Below, one piece after another: positions 30,669-38,487 of a DNA stretch of 64,000 nt. Each line of letters starts with the position of its first letter. Position 1 is the first letter of the stretch. The DNA is from Pseudomonadota bacterium. Lineage in GTDB: Bacteria; Desulfobacterota; Desulfobacteria; Desulfobacterales; RPRI01. Location of the stretch: assembly GCA_043825875.1 (NCBI GenBank), contig JBDRRF010000116.1, positions 1 through 64,000 on the forward strand. The letters run 5' to 3'. A model generated the notes under the pieces. That model ran no database searches and was not told where the DNA came from. It worked only from the letters and a program-made list of their open reading frames with translations. The position numbers were made by a program, and so were the translations under genes.

Positions 30669-31133
30669 ATGGCTATAAGGAGAATATTTGATTTCCCTGA
30701 ATTTGGGAGAAGGAATCTGTTTACCGAAATGGATCAAATGAAAAGTCAGATGGATGCACTTTCCGGCTTGATGTTTAGAGGTTCACCATCATGGGGTTAT
30801 ACGACTGCCGGAGTTTTTCCTTTGATCAATCTTACAGAAAATCAGAATAACTATTATGTGCGTGCAGAATTGCCGGGCTTGAAAGCTCAGGATCTGGATA
30901 TTCAGGTCATGGGGAAAAACCTTACGATATCAGGTGAACGAAAAATTCCTTCTGAAGGAAAAGACATTAAATACCATCGCAGTGAGCGCGAAGCAGGCAA
31001 ATTTTCAAGAATCATTAGTCTTCCGGGTGAGATCAATAGCGAAAAGGTTGAGGCACAGATGAAAAATGGACTGCTTAAGGTAGTAATCCCAAAATCAGAA
31101 GCATCAAAACCAAGGCAGATAAGTGTAAAATAA
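30669..31133 (+). CDS. Small heat shock protein Hsp20
   Basis: FPLINL, AELPG, LTISGERK, ER..GKFSR, NGLLKVVIPK. Confidence 0.95.
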   Translation: MAIRRIFDFPEFGRRNLFTEMDQMKSQMDALSGLMFRGSPSWGYTTAGVFPLINLTENQNNYYVRAELPGLKAQDLDIQVMGKNLTISGERKIPSEGKDIKYHRSEREAGKFSRIISLPGEINSEKVEAQMKNGLLKVVIPKSEASKPRQISVK

Positions 31134-31160
31134 AGATTTCGTTTAAGGAGGATTATAAAA

Positions 31161-31562
31161 ATGGCTGAAACCAAGGATTTAAAAGTAAAAGAAAAACATG
31201 AGGTTATTAATCCTGCCGAGTATACACAGGAAGGGTTAGTATTTACACCAGCTGTGGATATTTTTGAAACAGAGCGCGAAATCACTTTGCTTGCAGATAT
31301 GCCGGGAGTGACTGGCGAAAATATAACTATAGATTTGCATGAAGGAGTTTTAACAATCTCAGGAGATGTTAAACCATGGGAAGAACCTGATGAGTCGGTT
31401 TTAATGATAGAATTTCAAATAGGAAAGTACTATAGGCAGTTTACTCTTTCGGAAGTTATTGATCAGAATAAAATTGAAGCAAGAATAGAAGACGGTGTCC
31501 TCAGACTGGTTCTGCCCAAAGCAGAAAAAGCTATGCCCAGAAAGATTATGGTGACATCGTAG
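31161..31562 (+). CDS. Small heat shock protein Hsp20
   Basis: PAVDIFE, ADMPGV, YYRQFTL, DGVLRLVLPK. Confidence 0.95.
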   Translation: MAETKDLKVKEKHEVINPAEYTQEGLVFTPAVDIFETEREITLLADMPGVTGENITIDLHEGVLTISGDVKPWEEPDESVLMIEFQIGKYYRQFTLSEVIDQNKIEARIEDGVLRLVLPKAEKAMPRKIMVTS

Positions 31563-31592
31563 TAATATAAACTCATAAATCCGATTACATAC

Positions 31593-31669
31593 TGTCATTT
31601 CGAGCGAAGTGAGAAATCTTAATGGATATGGGAACCTGTAAAAGATATCTCGCTTCGCTCGATATGATA
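31593..31669. repeat. REP-like extragenic palindrome between convergent genes
   Basis: TGTCATTTCGAGCGAAGTGAGAAATCTT...AAGATATCTCGCTTCGCTCGATATGATA, ~28-bp imperfect inverted repeat. Confidence 0.8.
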
Positions 31670-31711
31670 TCGAAATTATGAAATGGCAGAGTACTAAGCA
31701 AGTATATATAA

Positions 31712-32410
31712 CTATTGCGATGAAGCCTTAATTGAATAGCGCTGATCATATAGATTCTTATCATACGCTGCCCGTCTTCCAGGGCATTCTTCTCTTGGGC
31801 ATAACTGGCAATTTTCATAATCAACTTCGGTAGGAAAGATGATTCCTGATACAGAATGGCGTGGGGTCATGATAAACTCGTCATTGATTTGAACTCCAAT
31901 ATATTTTTCGACATTGCTAAAAGCGGAAAACAAAGTTTGCTGTTCTTCTAAAGGCCACTGCTCAAGAGAGCCCGGGGTCATAAAAGCTGTTTTTCCCGGA
32001 TTGAAATTTTGGGCGATATTTTCATTCATAACATCAATTGCCTCAAAAAGAACGCTTTGCATTATTATATCAGCCCAAAACTCTTCAAGCATTTTTTCTC
32101 TCTTTTTTGCCCATTGATCCAGCTCGGTTCCACAGGTGGCAATAAAGGCAAATACCCGGTGAACATCTGCCAGATTTACTGCAAGAATGCGGCTTTTAAA
32201 TACTATCTCTTCCATAACCACCTGCTCCTGTTCTTTTTTATCAATATAAAGCGGTTTGTATAAGACCTTGGGCCTGCATACGGAATAAGCCTCATCTAAA
32301 AAAGCCTTAAAGGAATTAAAGCGGTTATGATTTTCTGTTAACCTTACCTTTTTCAGAAGAGAAGTAAGATCTAATTTTAAATTTATATTGTCCAGTAGAA
32401 TTTCATTCAT
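31712..32410 (-). CDS. Stand-alone B12-dependent methionine synthase activation-domain-like protein
   Basis: FIATCGTELD, PGSLEQWPLEEQ, MTPRHSVSGI, CQLCPREECPGRRA. Confidence 0.8.
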   Translation of the reverse strand: MNEILLDNINLKLDLTSLLKKVRLTENHNRFNSFKAFLDEAYSVCRPKVLYKPLYIDKKEQEQVVMEEIVFKSRILAVNLADVHRVFAFIATCGTELDQWAKKREKMLEEFWADIIMQSVLFEAIDVMNENIAQNFNPGKTAFMTPGSLEQWPLEEQQTLFSAFSNVEKYIGVQINDEFIMTPRHSVSGIIFPTEVDYENCQLCPREECPGRRAAYDKNLYDQRYSIKASSQ

Positions 32411-32501
32411 AATAACTATTCTATGCACCATTGTGTCATGAATTCCGGCAAGTATGTTTTCCCGGATCTCATCTTAAACCCTCAATGCAACCATTGCCTT
32501 T

Positions 32502-33902
32502 CTATCCTGATGATTTATTTACCTTCAACATTTCGGCAAATGCTTCAAGGCGCGTTCTCAATGAAGCTATGGAATAATTACGCTTGTCATAGAGATCTAA
32601 TTCCAGCAAAAGAGTAGGAAGCCCGAGTTCTTTTTCTATTTCTTCTTTGATAAGCTTGCTTGTAGATACTATCGGGCGGCAGCTGAACGGATAGGTATAG
32701 ATAACACCATCCACATCAACAAGTTTCAAGCCGTCCATATTTCTTTTAATCCAGCCATAAGTACTGTGGTAAGCTCCGGTGAACATAGCCTGTTCGGCTC
32801 TCTTTTCTCCAAGGGTTTCATAAGGATATGGTTCCGGAGGACGCAAAGGCGGTAACAATATCATTGATAAAGGCACTGCCAGACCGACTTCTTCAATCAG
32901 GCGGTTGAAAGCAGTATCAGAAATGCTTTGCAGTAGTATAACAACCCTGGGGCTTCCCTTCGGAACAACCCCGAACCCTTCTTCAAACCTTTTACCTACT
33001 TCTTTTGCAAGTATCTCAATGGCTTCAGGACCTTCTTCAATAGCAACACCTGTGCAACCGGTCGGAATTGCAAATATCAATTGCGTATCGGCCACACTAA
33101 GCGGAACAGGATCTGCTGTTATATACCTGACCAGTTCATTTATTGACGTATAAAGCCGCCCGGACACTTCCCTAGCCTTGTCCCAAACTTCTTCATTTAT
33201 TTCAAGCCCGAATTTTTCTTTAAGACTATCAAATAATTTATTTAACTGCGCTCCTAGATAATGAACAGTTTCGCGATCATGGTCGGGCCATGCACCCCAT
33301 GGTGAATCCAAACAACTATCGACATATTCGACAGGATAACCGTATTTATACTGCATCAGTTCATCCGCCTTAGGCCCCATGTCACAAAAATAACTGGTAG
33401 CTATAGAAAGGTCTGGAAGAGGAATAATGCCTTTTTCAAGAGCACCAAGCTTAATTTGAAGTAATCCACACATCGCATGCCCGGGCGGCAATCCTGCCGA
33501 TTCCCCTTCTTCCAGTATTGGCGTAAGTTTATCAAATATCTGACCAAGCGTCTGACATAATACCACTTCAGGACAACCTACATAAAAATCATTTTTTGAT
33601 TTTGCTGCTACTTTGATTGCAGAACCGGTATATTGAAAAGGAGGGTAGCCAAAGTATATGATCTTTTTACCTTCTTCCCTTGCAAGCACGACATCAAACA
33701 ATTCTTTAAGCCATATGCCAAGCAATTTCCTGATACCCATAAGTCCGATATCAAAATATTTGTTAATCCTTTCTACAGCTGTTTTCATGTCAGCCGGACC
33801 CAATTCAAGTATTTGAAAAACTCTTTCAAGCCGATCCTTTTGACTTGCTATCTCAGCTTCGTCAAATGCACAAAGCTTAAGAAGTTCATGATAATAGGTC
33901 AT
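32502..33902 (-). CDS. 2-hydroxyacyl-CoA dehydratase / benzoyl-CoA reductase family subunit (Cys ligands retained)
   Basis: MCG, FCD, SCRP cysteines; VDGVI; TRLEAFAEML terminus. Confidence 0.85.
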   Translation of the reverse strand: MTYYHELLKLCAFDEAEIASQKDRLERVFQILELGPADMKTAVERINKYFDIGLMGIRKLLGIWLKELFDVVLAREEGKKIIYFGYPPFQYTGSAIKVAAKSKNDFYVGCPEVVLCQTLGQIFDKLTPILEEGESAGLPPGHAMCGLLQIKLGALEKGIIPLPDLSIATSYFCDMGPKADELMQYKYGYPVEYVDSCLDSPWGAWPDHDRETVHYLGAQLNKLFDSLKEKFGLEINEEVWDKAREVSGRLYTSINELVRYITADPVPLSVADTQLIFAIPTGCTGVAIEEGPEAIEILAKEVGKRFEEGFGVVPKGSPRVVILLQSISDTAFNRLIEEVGLAVPLSMILLPPLRPPEPYPYETLGEKRAEQAMFTGAYHSTYGWIKRNMDGLKLVDVDGVIYTYPFSCRPIVSTSKLIKEEIEKELGLPTLLLELDLYDKRNYSIASLRTRLEAFAEMLKVNKSSG

Positions 33903-33907
33903 GGCAT

Positions 33908-35047
33908 TTATCTCCTTATGCTTTCAAAAAAGGTTTCTATGCGAGTTTGCATCTGTCCGATTTCGGAAGGGTCATAATCTGAATCTAATGTAAGCATGGA
34001 AAGGCCTGTTTCCTTGTTTAGAATTTCAGGAAAATAATAAGACTCAATTTTGTAGGCCTCTCTATACATCAATTGGTACCAGATGACCCCATCTACGGAA
34101 AATTCCTTTGCCAGTTGAACCAAATGATTCAAACGTTCACCAGCCGGCCTGAACCAGGCAGGGACAATACGATCTGTGAAATATGCACGAGCAAGAGCCT
34201 CCATTGGATCGCCGGTAGTATTTACATTTTTCCAATAGAACTTTATTCCTTCGGCAAATTCTTCGATAACAACCTGCCCACCGGCTTCTTCTATCAGATC
34301 CAATATTTTGCAGTCACCCATTGCAAGCGTTGAGCCGGTCAATAGCAGCCTTGGCTTTTTTGTATCGGCAAAATTTGCTTTCTGTAACTCCTCAATCAGT
34401 GATTCCAGACACTCTATCAGTAGTTTTTTATCAATGACCATGGAAGCATGGTTGATCATAACAAAGTCTTTGGAACTTATGGGCACGGCATCCGTTTTTC
34501 GCATCAGGCTTATCTTCTTTAATAATTCCTTTTCTTTATTACATAATTGAATAGCATGCGTAAGCCTTTCTTCGTTTATCTCAATACCGGTTATCTGTTC
34601 CAGTTTTGCTTTAACTTTATTTAGACCATGCAGATAATAGCGGTAACCGGATTCTTCTTTAATATGAGGAACTCCATAGCGGAATATGTCTATATCCGTA
34701 TGGTATTCGAGAGTATCTGAAAGAGCCCGGTTATTACTGTCAGTTATCGGGGCAATGAGAACATCAATAATATTATAGTATGGATTTTCTCCTGAAACAG
34801 CAGCTCCTATCTGTGAGCGATAAAATGTATCAATCCATCGGTCGATATAGGCTATAGACTCTTCGACATTTGTATGATTTCCACCCTGTATCATACATAC
34901 AGGTATTGCACCGGCAGCTATTGCAAGCTCTTCAGGAAAATACCCGCCGGGTAAATAACCCACTATTTTAGCACCCTTTTCATTCGCACGCTTCAAATCA
35001 TCCAACCCGGATTTCAAATATGCTTTTATTTTGGCAATCGCTTCCAT
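33908..35047 (-). CDS. 2-hydroxyacyl-CoA dehydratase family subunit (HgdB/BcrC-like)
   Basis: PEELAIAAG, PRLLLTGS, VDGVIW, QMQTRIETFFE; ATG at 35047 after GGAGG. Confidence 0.85.
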   Translation of the reverse strand: MEAIAKIKAYLKSGLDDLKRANEKGAKIVGYLPGGYFPEELAIAAGAIPVCMIQGGNHTNVEESIAYIDRWIDTFYRSQIGAAVSGENPYYNIIDVLIAPITDSNNRALSDTLEYHTDIDIFRYGVPHIKEESGYRYYLHGLNKVKAKLEQITGIEINEERLTHAIQLCNKEKELLKKISLMRKTDAVPISSKDFVMINHASMVIDKKLLIECLESLIEELQKANFADTKKPRLLLTGSTLAMGDCKILDLIEEAGGQVVIEEFAEGIKFYWKNVNTTGDPMEALARAYFTDRIVPAWFRPAGERLNHLVQLAKEFSVDGVIWYQLMYREAYKIESYYFPEILNKETGLSMLTLDSDYDPSEIGQMQTRIETFFESIRR

Positions 35048-35096
35048 TAAAGCCTCCTTAAAGAGTATGTTACTTATACAATACAAATACCCGCTT

Positions 35097-36095
35097 TTAG
35101 TTTGAAAGATCATTTCCGGAAAAAATCCGACTGTAAAGAACCCCATTCCATAAATTCTCGGCGCCCTCCAATCCTTTCAACATTTCCGGTGCAGGTGCAA
35201 CATATTTAATGCGGGCTATTTGATAATCCGAAAAAAATTCTTTCCATGTAATTTGCTTTCCTTTCTTTTGCAATTGATAGTTAGGACTATTTAAATCAAT
35301 TTTAACTTGATATGCTTCTTCAGGCTTTAAAAGTTTGATATCGGATTGTGAATAAATAATTTTCTTATTTTTAATAACCTTTACCTTTGCAGGATCTCTT
35401 CCATTCCAGCGGGGCAGTATTTCTATCTCGAAAGCACTTCTGTCTTCAGGGCAAACGATTGCAAGCGGTTTATCTGATGCATTTATAAATTGCAGGGTAA
35501 TAGCAGAGGCATCATTTTCTTTCCTGTTGCTTCTTTCAGGCATTTTAATATTCATTGCCAGCTTTGAATATCGATATCCTTTAATAACCGCTATTCCGTC
35601 ACCTTTTCCTATCGCAACTTCCATTTCAAGGGGTATCCTAATACCTTTTAGCGACTTGCCTCTTTCAAGTATGCGTCCTGTACCCTGCTCCATAAAATAT
35701 TTTTCAATACCAAATTTAAGAGAAGCATTCCATACAAATGGTCCGGTAGTATACGCACGTAAATATTTTATTCCGGTTAAAGGTTTTTTTATAGACACTT
35801 TTTTGGGGACAAGCACATTGTTATCATCTATTTCATATATGAGATACACGCGCATCTCGGTAGTCATTTTATCATGCATTTCTTCAGGGAAAAAACTTAT
35901 CGGAAGGCTTGAAAACTCATAGTTAAGCCACACATAATCTCCGCGAAACAAATCCCTTGGATCTACAGGAGCGGTGCGCATATAGACTATATCCCCTGAG
36001 TCAAGTATTGTTTCCCGTTGAAAGCAAATTGCCGCAAGTGCAAAACATTGCAGCAACACCGCAACTATGATTAATATGTTTTTTCGTTTAATCAT
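35097..36095 (-). CDS. GDYXXLXY-domain protein with an extra C-terminal domain
   Basis: TAPVDPRDLFRGDYVWLNY, FGIEKYFMEQGTG. Confidence 0.88.
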   Translation of the reverse strand: MIKRKNILIIVAVLLQCFALAAICFQRETILDSGDIVYMRTAPVDPRDLFRGDYVWLNYEFSSLPISFFPEEMHDKMTTEMRVYLIYEIDDNNVLVPKKVSIKKPLTGIKYLRAYTTGPFVWNASLKFGIEKYFMEQGTGRILERGKSLKGIRIPLEMEVAIGKGDGIAVIKGYRYSKLAMNIKMPERSNRKENDASAITLQFINASDKPLAIVCPEDRSAFEIEILPRWNGRDPAKVKVIKNKKIIYSQSDIKLLKPEEAYQVKIDLNSPNYQLQKKGKQITWKEFFSDYQIARIKYVAPAPEMLKGLEGAENLWNGVLYSRIFSGNDLSN

Positions 36096-37413
36096 TTCCA
36101 CCTGCATTCTTTTTTACTTTTGATGTTTTAATGGAAACTGCCAGGATAAAGACCCCGGCCAGCAAAAAACAGAAAGATCGAATCAGAAGATTATCCGTAA
36201 AAGACATAAAGCGTGCTATTATAACGATAACAACGATAAGACACCCGGCAAAAGATATACCGGTTCTTCCCGATCCGGTTCCGGAAAAAATAAGTACAAT
36301 TCCATGAAACAAAGCAATTATATTAAAACCTATGACAGCTACATTTTTAAGAAGGAATTTAGACTCGTAAGACTTAGCTGATATGCCAGCAAACAGAATT
36401 ATCATTGTAAGGATAAACCCGGCAAAAACAAGCAGATTGCTTTTTTGTGGTAGGGATTTGATACGTTCCGAGAAAGTATTTAAAGGAAATAATAATGTTA
36501 CCCATATGGCTAATACAGAAAATGTCATTACCACTGGGTAAACAATTCCCACATAACCGATATGTGGTTTTCCTGACAACAGAGTGTGTTTCATAATTTC
36601 AGGAAATGTGAACGTAATAAGCATAACAAAATATAGAACAAGGCCTATTGCTTCGGGAGGTACTGCGCAACTTTCATAAGATGATCTTCTGATTAATAGT
36701 CCAGCGCCAACACTCAAAGCGCCAAGGCTAAGAAGTACAACAAGTGGATCAACCAGGCTGAACCGGCATTGAATCGCACAAACAACTATAAAAGAAACGG
36801 TTGCAATTGCAGCAGGAAACCAGTTTTTGTTATAAAAGGAAAAGAGTATAACCGGTGCCGATACATATAAAACAGGCCACAACATGAGAGCATCAAACCT
36901 GATTTCCATTATTTGCCATATAATAACCAGAACGGCAAATAAAAGCATTTGGGGAGTGGATTTAAGGATAAACATCATCAACAGAGGTCCGATAGACCAG
37001 AGAAGAATACCATTTGGAGCGTGCTCGTCAATATGATAGATCTGGGCAATAAGTATAATCGCAGCGCCAAAGAGAAAAGAGCCAAGCAGATGACAGAATT
37101 CAGCATGTGCATTTTTTTCAGGTTTTTGGCCCAGCCATAGTCCAACTCCATGAGCAATAATAAATGACAAAAATATGGTAGCAAGCTTCATCCATTTTGT
37201 CATGTCCTGCCAGTTATAGGCAAAAAAACTGATTACCCCAAGACCAATAAAAAGAGCACTGATACTTATTAAAATACGCGTTAGCAGGCTATGCCCCTGT
37301 TCAATCGGCTGCTCATTGATTATTCTCTCCGACTGCTCGGAAGTAATAATACCCCTATCAATCCATTCCGGCAATTGTCCTTTTAACCATTTCCAGTGTT
37401 TTAGTTCACTCAA
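36088..37413 (-). CDS. DUF2157-domain membrane protein
   Basis: W...GIIT.EQ, FFAYNW, GAAIILIAQIYHI; many TM helices. Confidence 0.88.
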   Translation of the reverse strand: MSELKHWKWLKGQLPEWIDRGIITSEQSERIINEQPIEQGHSLLTRILISISALFIGLGVISFFAYNWQDMTKWMKLATIFLSFIIAHGVGLWLGQKPEKNAHAEFCHLLGSFLFGAAIILIAQIYHIDEHAPNGILLWSIGPLLMMFILKSTPQMLLFAVLVIIWQIMEIRFDALMLWPVLYVSAPVILFSFYNKNWFPAAIATVSFIVVCAIQCRFSLVDPLVVLLSLGALSVGAGLLIRRSSYESCAVPPEAIGLVLYFVMLITFTFPEIMKHTLLSGKPHIGYVGIVYPVVMTFSVLAIWVTLLFPLNTFSERIKSLPQKSNLLVFAGFILTMIILFAGISAKSYESKFLLKNVAVIGFNIIALFHGIVLIFSGTGSGRTGISFAGCLIVVIVIIARFMSFTDNLLIRSFCFLLAGVFILAVSIKTSKVKKNAGGND

Positions 37414-37477
37414 GGCTGTTATTCCTTTTTAAATATTAAAGAGAGTTTTGTGGTGAAACTGTATTAAGGATTTTTTA

Positions 37478-37774
37478 TTATGCCATAATTTCTTTTATCG
37501 GTAATATTTGCTTGCCATGCCGAATCGTAAGAATAGATATTTGCTTCTTTGATATATGATAAATAATTCGATAGTTGCCGTATACTATTTCTCTGAATTG
37601 GTTGTTTTTAATTTCGGGAACAATCCTTCCCATTTCAGGGGAAGATTTTAGCTGCTCAACATTTGAAAATATTGTGTTAATCCATTTTTCTGCTGCTGAA
37701 GGTTTGTCTTGGGCAATATAATCCACAATTTCAGAAACCCTAACTATAGCCAGCGGCGACCAAATAATTTTCAT
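37478..37774 (-). CDS. RelE/ParE family toxin
   Basis: IIWSPLA, YIAQDKPSAA, PEMGRIVPE, YRIIY, IRHG. Confidence 0.9.
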   Translation of the reverse strand: MKIIWSPLAIVRVSEIVDYIAQDKPSAAEKWINTIFSNVEQLKSSPEMGRIVPEIKNNQFREIVYGNYRIIYHISKKQISILTIRHGKQILPIKEIMA

Positions 37775-38052
37775 TTTTTGATACGTTTTACAATTTTATC
37801 TTTTGCTGCTTCATGATCTACTCCCTGCCCATTTTCTATCTGGTGCAAGGATATTTGAACATCGGCAAGAAGTTCAATTTTCTCTTGCAGTGCTTCATAT
37901 TCATGTACATCCAAAAGAACAGCAACACCTTTTCCATGTTGCGTTATGATTAGCGGCCTTTTTGTCTCGCGGACTTGTTTTATAAAACTTGCAATGCCCG
38001 TTCTCACCTCAGACAATGGTTTTATATCTTGATCAATTTTTATTTTTTGCAT
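37771..38052 (-). CDS. Phd/YefM family antitoxin
   Basis: IKPLSEVR, RPLIITQHGKGVAVLL; ATGA overlap with toxin. Confidence 0.9.
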   Translation of the reverse strand: MQKIKIDQDIKPLSEVRTGIASFIKQVRETKRPLIITQHGKGVAVLLDVHEYEALQEKIELLADVQISLHQIENGQGVDHEAAKDKIVKRIKK

Positions 38053-38079
38053 ACTTTACCTCATTCAAGCTTAAGTTTG

Positions 38080-38095
38080 GTACAATATAACGTAC
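38080..38095. promoter_or_regulatory. Putative TA autoregulatory operator
   Basis: GTAC-AATATAAC-GTAC, two palindromic cores ~30 bp upstream of the antitoxin start. Confidence 0.4.
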
Positions 38096-38173
38096 TTTTT
38101 ATAGTGTAATCAAGAACAATTTCGGCATAAGATTGAAACTTGAAACAGTAGGCACTAATCAAAGAATTCTATC

Positions 38174-38392
38174 TTAACCTATTGTCTGTACAAATAGGCT
38201 TTATCCCACAGCTCTGTTTTCACTTTTGCTGATGTAACTCGGATTCTGTGTTTACCGGTTCAGATCACAAAGTACTTCTTCCTGAAAACTCAATTTCTGA
38301 CAATAGCTGCATTTACTATGAATAAAAGCCTTGGATGATTTGGCGCACTCCAGACATTTTGCAGGAAAATTATCCTGAGATGATATTTTCAC
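38174..38392 (-). pseudogene. Internally deleted Cys-rich IS200-like (Y1) transposase remnant
   Basis: MKISSQDNFPAKCLECAK...CSYCQKLSFQEEVLCDLNR*, then broken frames reading LWDKAY/FVQTIG*, resembling a TnpA C-terminus. Confidence 0.45.
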
Positions 38393-38487
38393 CAATTCTT
38401 ATCTCCTTGAATGGAAAACATGAAAAATGGGGAGTTATATTTGTTTAGCAGGAGTCAAAAGCCGATTCGACTCATTCTTTTCTTTAT

